This document shows, piece by piece, positions 9,510 through 19,930 of a stretch of DNA of 41,794 nt (position 1 is the stretch's first letter; each line of letters opens with the position of its first letter). The notes under the pieces are model-generated. The model searched no databases. It was given only the letters and a program-made list of their open reading frames with translations, and was not told where the DNA came from. The position numbers and the translations under genes are program-made. This DNA is from Methanobacterium sp. (lineage in GTDB: Archaea > Methanobacteriota > Methanobacteria > Methanobacteriales > Methanobacteriaceae), in assembly GCA_003166335.1 (NCBI GenBank), contig PMWA01000019.1, positions 1-41,794 on the forward strand. Reading direction: 5' to 3'.

Positions 9510-10082
9510 TTAAGTTGAAATACCATCCCAGAAAAGTTCAAAAACTTGATCCAGTGTTTTTTCATTTAATTCTTCAGGATGTTTTCTGAAATAATTTACT
9601 GTTGATGTTATGTTACCCCAGAAGTAATCCATTGCGAATTCGAATGATATTTCTTTGATTTCATGCTTTTCAATACCTTTTATGTATGTTTCAATCATGC
9701 ATTCTGTTTGAGTTTCAATCTGTTTCTTAGTGAGTGAAGTTATGTATGGTGAATATTGGAAGATGAGGATAAATTGAAACTTTTGTGGGTTTTTAGTGCA
9801 GAATTTCACTGATTTTAGCCATAAATTTTTCAGATTTTCTTTTATGTCTTTTTTATTGTCATAATTATCGTTGATTTCATTTAGCATGCTTTCTTTAGTA
9901 GAGAGATATAAACAGTTTATTAGTTCTTCTTTAGTTTTAAAGTAGTGAAAGAGAGTTCCTGTGGCTACTCCTGCGTTTTCAGCGATTTTTGCAGTGGATG
10001 TACCGTGGAATCCTTTATCTACGAAAAGGTTTAGGGATGCATCTAATATTTTTTGTTCTTTTTCTTTCAAAATATATGACAC
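9510..10082 (-). CDS. TetR/AcrR family transcriptional regulator
   Basis: ILDASLNLFVDKGFHGTSTAKIAENAGVATGTLFHYFKTKEEL; co-oriented directly upstream of the AKR. Confidence 0.95.
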   Translation of the reverse strand: MSYILKEKEQKILDASLNLFVDKGFHGTSTAKIAENAGVATGTLFHYFKTKEELINCLYLSTKESMLNEINDNYDNKKDIKENLKNLWLKSVKFCTKNPQKFQFILIFQYSPYITSLTKKQIETQTECMIETYIKGIEKHEIKEISFEFAMDYFWGNITSTVNYFRKHPEELNEKTLDQVFELFWDGIST

Positions 10083-10111
10083 CTGATTTGATAATTTTAG
10101 GATTTATTTAT

Positions 10112-10128
10112 TAGATTGATTAGTCAAT
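10112..10128. promoter_or_regulatory. Imperfect palindrome, candidate TetR auto-operator
   Basis: TAGATTGATTAGTCAAT containing ATTGA-TTAG-TCAAT, about 30-45 nt upstream of the tetR start; AT-rich context lowers confidence. Confidence 0.35.
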
Positions 10129-10179
10129 TTATTATTTAAATGTTTAGTCCAATGGAATAATTATGAAATTTAAAAAAAA

Positions 10180-10629
10180 TTATTTTAATTTATTTTCAAG
10201 TATCCCGCCTATAATTCCTCCTAAAATCCCAAAAACTACGAATATTAGGAATAATATAATCGTACTGTTTATGTCTATATAAAATGCTATGATAATGGCA
10301 GGGATTATCGATAAAAAACCACCATTAATTGCAGCATTTCTATAATTAGTATTTCCAATATAACCTGCTACTGCGCTGCTTATTATTTGTACAATTATAA
10401 GAGTTGAAGCAGTGGTTGCTAAATCTGTGTTTGTATTTATTAAGTGAGGCCCGGCAATTTCGGTGAATAAAACAATCCAAATGATAGTTCCAATAAAGAC
10501 AGCAAGTATGTTAATTCCTTTAAATCGTCTTTTTAATATGTTATTTTCTTTTTTTAATTGACTTCCACAAGTTAGGCAGAATTCATCATTTTCATCATTT
10601 TCGGACATACATTTAGAACAGATAATCAT
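10180..10629 (-). CDS. Zinc-ribbon membrane protein (DUF5518-like TM domain)
   Basis: CSKC-x10-CLTCG at N-terminus followed by about 4 Gly-rich TM helices. Confidence 0.85.
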   Translation of the reverse strand: MIICSKCMSENDENDEFCLTCGSQLKKENNILKRRFKGINILAVFIGTIIWIVLFTEIAGPHLINTNTDLATTASTLIIVQIISSAVAGYIGNTNYRNAAINGGFLSIIPAIIIAFYIDINSTIILFLIFVVFGILGGIIGGILENKLK

Positions 10630-11271
10630 TATACTCCCACGATTTCAATGGATAAAGGTTAAATTTTTTTAATATATAATTTTTTTCTAAAAAAATTCAC
10701 GTTTTCGTTATAATTCATTTAGCTGAACTAATAATTTGGAAGTGATAATATAATTCCTTATCAATCTTACCTAACTGCTTCACAATAATCACCATTACAA
10801 AATCAAGCTTTATGTTGAGAAAAATAATTTAATCATAATATTTTCGTTTACCTTCTTTTTTCAGTTTAAATATATTAAAAGTTTTTTTTATTCATTAAAC
10901 TTAATTAGGCTTATTTTATTGATTATTAACCAATTGGAAATTTCTTTATTGTTAAAGTGATTTAATATAAGCTTTTCTATTGGATTATAATGGCAAATAT
11001 ATCTTTTTGTTTAGTATACCAATTTTTTTTTAGTTTTTGAAATCTTTTAATCATTCACGATTGATTAAATATTACACGTAAGCAAGGTGAACTTTTTTTT
11101 ATTTTGTTCAGTTTATCTTAGGAATGTAAATTTAACTCTTGCTGCGATAGCACCAACTGTATTTAAAACTTTTATAATTAGAGGTGGAGAATTAAAGATT
11201 TATAGTTAAGTATTTAATGTAATGTATTTCTAATTTAATTATTTGAAGTCTTAATTGATAGGGGGATAATA

Positions 11272-11883
11272 ATGGGGAAGTCTATGGTGTCCGGTCAATA
11301 TATTAGTAAAAGTCGTCTTGAGACATTGGTGGATGGAATATTTGCTATTGCTATGACCTTACTGGTTTTTGATTTACCTATACCTCATTTTAATTTACCA
11401 TTAACTAATATAACATTTCAGAATTCTCTTTATAGTCTTTTACCTGTTTTCGTATCCCTGATTTTGAGTTTCATTTTATTGGCTGTTTTTTGGAGTATTC
11501 ATCGCCGTATATTTAATCAGATAAGAGTGACAAACAGTATTTTATTGTGGATTAATATTATATGGTTGTTATTTATCGTGCTGGTTCCATTCACCTCTAT
11601 TTTAGATGGGGAATATGGACCAGAATTCATTCTCGCGAGAGTTATTTTCAATGTTAATATGATTGGAATAGCTTTATTTCTTTTTTTGAACTGTTTCTAT
11701 GTTAATCATAGTGATTTAATCTATGAAAATGCAGACCGTACGAAATTAATTTCAAGTGAAAGATCTAGTTTATTATTCATCGCTATTGCCGTAATTGCAC
11801 TGTTACTTTCCACTATAACTGCCCAGTGGAGTTTAGTATACATACTCATCATCCCCTTGGAGTTATTAATAGATAAATTATAA
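11272..11883 (+). CDS. TMEM175 (DUF1211) family potassium channel
   Basis: RLETLVDGIFAIAMTLLV TM1 signature, SFILLAVFWSIH, NIIWLLFIVLVPF. Confidence 0.9.
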   Translation: MGKSMVSGQYISKSRLETLVDGIFAIAMTLLVFDLPIPHFNLPLTNITFQNSLYSLLPVFVSLILSFILLAVFWSIHRRIFNQIRVTNSILLWINIIWLLFIVLVPFTSILDGEYGPEFILARVIFNVNMIGIALFLFLNCFYVNHSDLIYENADRTKLISSERSSLLFIAIAVIALLLSTITAQWSLVYILIIPLELLIDKL

Positions 11884-12089
11884 AAAAATATTTAGAATCA
11901 TTTATTAAAAAACCGGAAAAAGTATTTTTGAAATATTCTTATACAATTATAAAATTTCGAATAGACTTATAAAAATCGAATTTTAATATCATATTTTTAT
12001 TAAATTTATCTTATCAAGTTAATAGTGCCTAATATATAAATTTCATTTCTTAAAAAAAATTGAAATAAAAAAAATAAAAATTGATCCTA

Positions 12090-12704
12090 TCAGTTAAAAA
12101 TATGATCTCTTAGTTCAAATGGAATGATGAGTAAGTAAACTAAGGTACTAAAACTAGGAATTATAAATGAAAGGAATAGTCCCACTACGGCGATTATAAT
12201 AAAGAATAAAGTTGACTTTTCACTTGAGGCTAAACTGTTATGATCTGCATGTTCATTGATGAAATCACCACGATTTAGCATGTAGATATTTATGTAAAGA
12301 AGTGAAGCTATTCCCAACATGTTTATATTGAAAATAACATTAGAAATGATGAAATCTCCATATTCCCCGTTTAGAGATGCTGAAAATGGCACTAAAACAA
12401 TGAATAATAACCATATAATATTTGTCCAAAGTAGGTAGCCATGCACAGTTTCTACTTGATTGTAAATACGGTGATGTATATTCCAGAACAAAGCCAGTAA
12501 AACGAAACTTAAAACCATTGAAGAAACAAGAGGTATGATCCCAGCAAGTGCACTATTAAGTGCTGCATTAGTTACTGGACCGTTAATATGTGGTACAACT
12601 AGATCTAAAACAAGTAAAGTCATGGCAATAGCAAATATCCCATCCACTAATGTTTCTATACGATTTTTACTAAAATATTTACTGGAACCTTTATAATCAG
12701 GCAT
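12090..12704 (-). CDS. TMEM175 (DUF1211) family potassium channel, paralogue
   Basis: RIETLVDGIFAIAMTLLV, SFVLLALFWNIHH, NIIWLLFIVLVPF; clearly homologous to 11272..11883. Confidence 0.9.
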   Translation of the reverse strand: MPDYKGSSKYFSKNRIETLVDGIFAIAMTLLVLDLVVPHINGPVTNAALNSALAGIIPLVSSMVLSFVLLALFWNIHHRIYNQVETVHGYLLWTNIIWLLFIVLVPFSASLNGEYGDFIISNVIFNINMLGIASLLYINIYMLNRGDFINEHADHNSLASSEKSTLFFIIIAVVGLFLSFIIPSFSTLVYLLIIPFELRDHIFN

Positions 12705-13015
12705 TTAAAATTTCCCCCATTAATATAGAACTTTATCATAATTAGATACATTATCTTTAAATAGTTAATGGTTTATGTCGTTATATAATAGATATAATTA
12801 AAGCTTAAGATAAATCATCCCCAAGTTGATACTGAACAAGTATATACTCTTAAATATTCACAGAAAAACGATCTCATAAAATGGCGCATTTAGTGTTGGA
12901 ATAATAAAGTTTGTTAATGGATTCTTCAATAATAAATTATCAAAATAAATCAATTATATTACTTATAAATGATTTTAATACTATAGTACTAATTAAGTAA
13001 TGGGGGTAAAATTAA

Positions 13016-14410
13016 ATGAATGAGAAAAAACCCGTTTTAGGTTATGATAAATTTCTGATGATGGCTCTTTTGAAGGAGGGACCGCTTAGTTTAAGTAAAT
13101 TATGGGAAAAATCAATGCTGTTTTTATCTTTAATATGGTATCAGCAGTTACCTGATAAGGGTCAACCTCTGATGGAACAATTATTTTTCAGATTCGCTCA
13201 CGTACGCTCAGAACTGGAGGATGGAAGGGCTGAAAAAGTCATTCATGGTGCTGAAGCCGAAATGGGTAAACTAATCAAGAAGGGTTGGATTAATTTAAAT
13301 AATGATGATAAATATGAATTAACCCCAGATGGATTGATTAAAGCTAAGAAATATGAAAAGGATATGATTAAAGAAGCAAATATGGTGGATACTGAGTTAA
13401 AGCCTTCTACCACTGCTATAAATACAACTTATTTAGACGGCTTCCTCGCATTGCTTAAATTAGGTAGTGGTTTGATAAGTGGTAGTATGGGTTTAATCGC
13501 CGATGGAACTGACGCCACTATGGACACTATCGAAGCTATCCTGGTTTGGCTGGGAATTAAATATCATCGAGAGAATCTAAGCGCGTTTTTAGTTATTATT
13601 GGATTATTTGTTGCATCCATTACTGTGGGATTTGATTCAGTTACCCATATATTAGCAGCATATGCAGGGCATTCGGAGCCTATAACTATGCCTTATTTAG
13701 TTATAGTTGTTGAAGGAATTGCTATAATGGCTGCGGTCTTTCTATTTTATTATCAACGTTTCGTGGGTAAAATCTCTAATAGTCTAACTTTAATAAGTCA
13801 ATCAGTGGATTCTAAGAATCACATATTCATCGGTACCTCAGTTATTATAGGTGCTATCTTCGCTATTTATGGTATTTACTTCATTGATGCTATTATCGGA
13901 TTAGGAGTAGCAGCTGGAATCTTCATTGATGCCATTGGTTTACTTCGGGAAGCTATTTCCGCTGAACGGGGAGAGGAGAATGATTATTCAGAAAAGTATA
14001 GTCTTCCATTGCAGGAATGTTGGGAGGAGAATAAGTTAATTGCTTTCCGGAATTGGGTATTATATGCTTTATGGGGTGAAGAACTCAGAACCCGTGAAGA
14101 GATTGTGGCATCTCTGGAGAAAGCTTTCCATCCTGAAAATTATATTCCAGTGTTAAGTGAACTTAACGCAACTTGCTCGGAAAAGTATGATTTTGATGGC
14201 AATTTTAATAATCTCATTAAACCTTTATTGGAACATGAACTTTTAATGGAAGAGATTGAAGAATATTTATTAACTGATATGGGCGAAAAACACTTGAAGG
14301 ATTTCATAAATAACTTTAAATATTATGATGTACATCGCTCTGACGCATTACTATTAGCGATGACTCGAGATGAGAAAACACCTGATGAGTTATATGAAAA
14401 ATCCGATTAA
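13016..14410 (+). CDS. Cation diffusion facilitator-like transporter with N- and C-terminal winged-helix-like domains
   Basis: LKLGSGLISGSMGLIADGTDATMD (TM1-2), SLTLISQSVDSKNH (TM5), IDAIIG (TM6); flanking LIKKGWI...YELTPDG and LLEHELL...YLLTDMG wing motifs. Confidence 0.8.
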   Translation: MNEKKPVLGYDKFLMMALLKEGPLSLSKLWEKSMLFLSLIWYQQLPDKGQPLMEQLFFRFAHVRSELEDGRAEKVIHGAEAEMGKLIKKGWINLNNDDKYELTPDGLIKAKKYEKDMIKEANMVDTELKPSTTAINTTYLDGFLALLKLGSGLISGSMGLIADGTDATMDTIEAILVWLGIKYHRENLSAFLVIIGLFVASITVGFDSVTHILAAYAGHSEPITMPYLVIVVEGIAIMAAVFLFYYQRFVGKISNSLTLISQSVDSKNHIFIGTSVIIGAIFAIYGIYFIDAIIGLGVAAGIFIDAIGLLREAISAERGEENDYSEKYSLPLQECWEENKLIAFRNWVLYALWGEELRTREEIVASLEKAFHPENYIPVLSELNATCSEKYDFDGNFNNLIKPLLEHELLMEEIEEYLLTDMGEKHLKDFINNFKYYDVHRSDALLLAMTRDEKTPDELYEKSD

Positions 14411-14529
14411 ATATGAGGATTTATATTAAATAAGGAATTGCTAAAGAAAATAGGCCTTTAAAAAAAATTGAATTTAAAAAATATTCATAATTTTTTTTAT
14501 GAATAAAATGTTTATTTATTTTTTTAATT

Positions 14530-16513
14530 TTATGTTAATTTAGTGTATCGTTTAATAACGCCTGTTTCATCAGCTATTTCTAAACCTTTATTAAGTAATT
14601 TTAAATCGTAATTAATCCAGTTTAGAAGCTGTTCTAATTCTTTAGTCTTATTATAAGTGTAATGAAGTGAATTATTATCCATAGTGAATTTTAATGGTTT
14701 AATATCTCCATTTAATAAGTTTTCCAGGTTTTGGAGTGATTTTTTAACTTCTGAAGTTAGAGTATCCTGATCGGCCAATGCATCCTTATTTTCAGTTAAT
14801 ATCCCAATTAATGCTGTTAAATCTGCTGATAGTTTGTTATTTGTTAGGATAAATTCGTGATATAAAGTTATATCATCAGTTATATCATTTAGATTATCAT
14901 CTAATTTTTTAACTGCTGCTTCTAAGTTATTTTCTGCCATCAGATAATTTTTTAACGATTCAGATAATTTTTTATAATTAAAATTCTTTGGGGTAGTAAT
15001 TAAAACTTGATTTGCATATTTTATGTTGGTTTTAATTGTATTGTACAATTGATCGGGTAAGTTTACTGTAACTCGACTTGGTAAAATAAGGTATGCACAT
15101 ATAAAAGCTATAAATCCTCCTAAGGCAATGTCAACTAGCCTTGATATTGCATTATCATATACGGTTCCAGTAGGCCATGCTAATACAATGAAAACTGTAA
15201 TAGCTATTAATGCTAAACCCATGTTATTCGGATAAAATGCTCTCAATAAGAATAGCATTATAATTGCTATCCATATTAGTAATTAATGGGGAAATATGAA
15301 TGAGATGATTATAGCTATGATTATAGCAAATAAATTGAATCCAACCCTTGAAATCAAGTTATCTATTGTGCTGGTTATATCAGGTTTTAAAATGATAAGA
15401 ACTCCCATGGTTACCCATATCACACTTCTTTCCCGAGATAAATAAACTAAAGTTAGTGCAAGCACCATTGCTACAGTAAAACGGATTGCATGGCGAATAT
15501 AAAGGTTGTTTAAGTTAAAATTAGCAGCCAAGACTTTTTTTAAAGATTTTTCAGAGATTCTTATTTTCCTTATCTCTTCTCCAGGATCTCTGGACAGTAT
15601 TTCATTGATTTTATAAAGAACATTTTTAATAGCTTGGGAAACATCCATAATCATTTCACTAGTATTTTTATCTTCTAAAAAATGTGATTCAACAGTTAAA
15701 AATTCAGTATTAAACGTTTTTATTTCAACTGGACCTTTATTATTCTTAATATGATCCGCTATTTTTAGACTAAATTTATCTGAGGTATTTAAAAAATTTT
15801 TAAAATTTAATTGGGATTTTGAAGTTAATCTTTAAGTTATTAGATCTCCATAACTCCTTAAACCTTTAAAAATAATTCCAAGTTTAAAAATATCATAATT
15901 ATTAGAGTTAATAGGAATTCCAGATAAAATATTGCGGGTGAAAATAATATTCTGAATAGTGAATCCTGGATTGAGCCTACAGTTACCATTTCATTGATTC
16001 TTTTCTTTTCAAGCCATAGTTTTGGAATAAAAAGTATAGAAACTACTGCATAAGGTATTATACTGTAAATAGCCCAATCTAAAGTAGTTGATTGGTTATT
16101 GACTAGTAATACAGCTAAAAAATAGTTTAAAAAGAATAGGAAACCTAACGATCCTTCTGTGGTTCCGAAAATGTAAGGGAAATACTGAAAAAAGCCCAAA
16201 TTATTGTAAAGAGAATAAACACTATTAGGCTTGAGAGCGCTAAAGACGCACTTATGAATGCTAACATGGTCATAAAAAATCCAACTAATGCCAATATAGC
16301 AACTTTTCGAATGGGGAGTGAAATATCAATTATTATGCTGGCTAAAAGAGTTACAGTCACTACCATTACTATTGCATTATCAAAACCCAGAAATTTAGCT
16401 ATTAAACCTGCTATAATCATTAAAATAATCGCTCTAAATGCATGTCCCCATTGAGGATGGCCGGTAGGCTTTGACAGTCTTTTAAATCTATCTAATAAAC
16501 CCTTTTTCTCCAA
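14530..16513 (-). pseudogene. FUSC (aromatic acid exporter/YccS-like) membrane protein, disrupted
   Basis: Four ORF-track fragments form one gene (RHAIRFTVA, WVTMGVLIILKP, RLVDIALGG); frameshifts plus in-frame TAA at 15283-15285 (FPH*LLIW) and near 15830. Confidence 0.9.
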
Positions 16514-16915
16514 TTATAATCCTCATTTACATTTTATTTAAGTAGGGATTTCATTATTGTTATTATTAAAACTTTGCATATTGAATTTAAGAGATTAGAA
16601 TCTGAATCATGCCAAATAAAATGAATAATGAGAAGAAAATAATAAGATTTTATTTAAGTTCCTAAAAACTGAATAACATTAAAAATTACTAAAAGAAGAA
16701 TTATATTCAGTGTCTATCCGTATTAAACTGAAAATAAATAATTTTATAAATGGTTATAAATAAGAAATTGTATATTCATTATAAACGTGGAATAATTAAG
16801 GGATGTAATTCTCTTTTTATTTTTTGGAAATTTTATGGTTAAATAATAATGAAAAGAAGGATAATTAAAAGATATTAGGATTAGAAAAATAGAATTTTTA
16901 TTTGAGGGGTTTGAG

Positions 16916-17359
16916 ATGAAAAATAAATTTTTTTTAATTAGTGTATTAATTGTATTCATTTTAATTGGGTTAATGATCGTTACAAAAGTTTTAATGTTTC
17001 CGTTTAGTTATATTGTTACAAATAACACTGTTGCAATTGATGTTATAATAATATTAGATGTGCTAATTTTTTTCAGTGTAATACAACTTGAGAGAAGTAC
17101 ACTAAGATATTCAAAAAGAGATGAAAAAACAGTTGATGATGTAAATATTACAAACGCTACTGAAGTTTTTTTAAGTGCTATTTTAGTTACTTTAGGTTTT
17201 AATTTATTGGGATTTGGTTATTTTGTTATATCGGGAAAATCTTTAGATGCAAGTTTATTATCTATATTTTTCATGACTTTTGTACTACTTTACATTATTT
17301 ATTTAATATTTGTAGTTTTATTATTTATAAATCGACGGACCAAAAAAAGGAAAACTTAA
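16916..17359 (+). CDS. Hypothetical membrane protein (about 4 TM)
   Basis: ORF with GAGGGG RBS and hydrophobic segments; very AT-rich. Confidence 0.7.
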   Translation: MKNKFFLISVLIVFILIGLMIVTKVLMFPFSYIVTNNTVAIDVIIILDVLIFFSVIQLERSTLRYSKRDEKTVDDVNITNATEVFLSAILVTLGFNLLGFGYFVISGKSLDASLLSIFFMTFVLLYIIYLIFVVLLFINRRTKKRKT

Positions 17360-17421
17360 AATTTTGTTAAACTCTTTTAGTTCAAATCAAAAACTTTTTT
17401 TGTAAAAAAAATTTATTTTTT

Positions 17422-17830
17422 TTATTTGTTAGTTGGTGGTTCTTGGAGTAAGAATGAGTTCCCGTACAGGTCTGCAAAGATAGCTTGTGTTCCATAGGGT
17501 AAATTCCGGGGTTCTTTTAGTATTTTCACGCCTTTTTCTCTTAATTATTCGATTTTTTTTCACAATTATCGACTTTAAATATCCATGTGGGGCTTTTGCC
17601 AACTTACTTCATTAATTCAGCTGCGATTTCTTCTTCCATCATTTTAGGGTCGGGAACTTGTAATAAAACCTCAGTATCTACTCCTTCTTTTAGGGGCTAC
17701 GGTTAGAAAATGTAATGAACCCACCACTACATCAGTTACTTTCTCGAAACCTAAATTTTTAGGTATAGAATTCTAATGCTTCATCTAAATCTTTTACTAT
17801 CAATAGCACAATTGAAAGTCTTTCAATCAT
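17422..17830 (-). pseudogene. VOC/glyoxalase family protein, disrupted
   Basis: Manual translation across shifts: MIERLSIVLLIVKDLDEALEFYT/LGFEKVTD...FLTVAP...WIFKVDNC...LREKGVKILKEPRNLPYGTQAIFADLYGNSFLLQEP; several indels and stops; not in ORF track. Confidence 0.85.
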
Positions 17831-17884
17831 TTACTCATCACTCCAGTATTTTTTTTATAGAGTATAAGTAGTTAAAAATTTTTT

Positions 17885-18319
17885 TTAAGATAGAATTAGA
17901 ATTATAAACAGAATTGAGGTTACAATAACATATAAAACTCCAGGTATGAAATGTGCTTTGAATTCTCCCTTGTCTTGGACTAATATTTCATCTTGTTCCT
18001 TTTGCGAGTAAAAAGTGTTAGGTGATAGATATATTATTGCCTCGAATATTCGGTAATATCCAAAATCAAAGAAAGATAATAATCCAATTATAACAATTTC
18101 TAATACACCTAGTATACTGGTTTCGATTGATATGTTATTTATCGATAGTACTATGTAAAAAATAGCAAAATTTAGTAAAGGCAATATATACAAGAGTAAC
18201 CATGATAAAAATAATCGATTAATGGCATGTGACTTGCCTCTCCATGCGTTATAGGTATCATAGGGATTGTAAGTATTATGTGATCTATCTATTATTAATG
18301 TAAAATTAATAGTAAACAT
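17885..18319 (-). CDS. Hypothetical membrane protein; frame stays open upstream to about 18358
   Basis: About 4 hydrophobic helices with polar loops (YNPYDTYNAW, FDFGYYRIF). Confidence 0.8.
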   Translation of the reverse strand: MFTINFTLIIDRSHNTYNPYDTYNAWRGKSHAINRLFLSWLLLYILPLLNFAIFYIVLSINNISIETSILGVLEIVIIGLLSFFDFGYYRIFEAIIYLSPNTFYSQKEQDEILVQDKGEFKAHFIPGVLYVIVTSILFIILILS

Positions 18320-18610
18320 TATTATAAAGAGCCATTGAGCATCAGTAAGTTGATTTAAAAAACTAATCTCCCCCAGTAAAAAAGTTAATTATATTTATAT
18401 TATTATTATAATAAATTTTTTTCCAAATTTTTTTGTTTTCCACTTTGTCCTATCATTTAATTTCCTTTTTTTTAAGTCTAAAAACTATTTTTACAGCCCA
18501 TAAATCAGTAATTTATATCAACTTGTACATAACATATATTATAATTTGATTATCCTTTAGAAAATAGGGAGTTAGAATCCATATTTTAATCTAAAAATTA
18601 TCTATAAAAT

Positions 18611-19897
18611 TTGAAGGTGGTTAAATTAAAACCAAGTGATGAACGTAGGAATGAATCGGGACAAGATATTGAGTTAGATGGTTCATGTGATGTTAATTTA
18701 TGCAAAGTTCAAGAAGCTTGTCCCAATAATAGATCATTCCTTATCGTCGCGTTTGCCACATTATTCCTGTTAATGGGTGCTACGATACCTACACCATTAT
18801 ATGGATTATACCGAGTTACTTTTGCACTTTCCCCACTTGGGATAACATTAATATACGCCGCTTACTCAGTGGGTGTGGTTCCTACATTATTCTTCTTCGG
18901 GCCTCTGGGTGATGCTTTAGGTAGAAAACCATTACTTATAATAGCAATTTTATTTGCCATCCTCGGAACACTTATACTTGGTTTCGCCACTAGTTTTGAT
19001 TGGTTAATTATCGGACGTTTAGCACAAGGGATTGGTATCGGTGCGGTCCTGGGTAATGCTACAGCAGCATTAGTTGAATTTGAGCCTAATAGAAATAAGC
19101 AAAGAGCCAGTCAGATTGCAGGAATGGCTCAACTGGGAGGATTGGGATTAGGTCCTTTAACTGCGGGTTTAATGGCTGAGTATTTGTTTGCACCCACATT
19201 ATTAGTTTACCTTCTTGAATTCATTCTCCTAATACTAGCTTTAATCCTTATTTTAGTAGGTGTACCCCGTTCTAAAGGGTCTGAAAAGTTTCATTTAAAT
19301 AAACCATCATTTCCTCCAGCTATAGTGTCTTTTATTTCAGCTTCACTTGCTGCTGCTTTAGTTTTAACTAATTCCGGATTATATTTTAGTTTGAATCCTA
19401 CTTTCGCATTAGATATATTGCATGTTAATAATATTGCATTAGGGGGGATTATATCTTCAATCATGGTATTTACAGCGGTGGCGACTCAAAAATTCTTGTG
19501 GAATCATTTATCAAGAAATTTGGAGATTGGAGGTTTAATATCTCTAATTATTGGATTATCATTGATTAGTATAACTACTGTTCACTCTTCTATAGTGTTA
19601 CTTGTAATAGCAGCTATATTCAGTGGAATAGGTTTTGGTGCTGCTTTTATGGGAGCTATAAATGTTATAAACAGTATTGCACCATCAGATAAAAGAGGGA
19701 ATGTTACATCATTTTTTTATGCAATCTCATATGCTGCTTTAGGAGTTCCCATTATCGGATTAGGATTGGCGCTTCAATATCTTAATATTTTCACAGCGGT
19801 ACGGGAATTCGTCATTATAATAATCATCATAGCAATTATTGACATACCATTAATACTTTATTCACGCCGTGATTTAAAAAGAGAAACCTTAAAGTAA
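18611..19897 (+). CDS. MFS transporter
   Basis: 12 TM pattern, PTPLYGLY, motif A GPLGDALGRK, GRLAQGIG, PSDKRG. Confidence 0.95.
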   Translation: MKVVKLKPSDERRNESGQDIELDGSCDVNLCKVQEACPNNRSFLIVAFATLFLLMGATIPTPLYGLYRVTFALSPLGITLIYAAYSVGVVPTLFFFGPLGDALGRKPLLIIAILFAILGTLILGFATSFDWLIIGRLAQGIGIGAVLGNATAALVEFEPNRNKQRASQIAGMAQLGGLGLGPLTAGLMAEYLFAPTLLVYLLEFILLILALILILVGVPRSKGSEKFHLNKPSFPPAIVSFISASLAAALVLTNSGLYFSLNPTFALDILHVNNIALGGIISSIMVFTAVATQKFLWNHLSRNLEIGGLISLIIGLSLISITTVHSSIVLLVIAAIFSGIGFGAAFMGAINVINSIAPSDKRGNVTSFFYAISYAALGVPIIGLGLALQYLNIFTAVREFVIIIIIIAIIDIPLILYSRRDLKRETLK

Positions 19898-19930
19898 GAT
19901 TTTTTTTATATTCTTTTTTTAATATATTCC

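Noticed and set aside
14530..16513. Programmed frameshifting or stop readthrough in the FUSC, rhodanese and VOC genes
   Set aside because: Each has several independent lesions and the in-frame stops checked are TAA, so recoding (Sec/Pyl) is implausible; decay is simpler.
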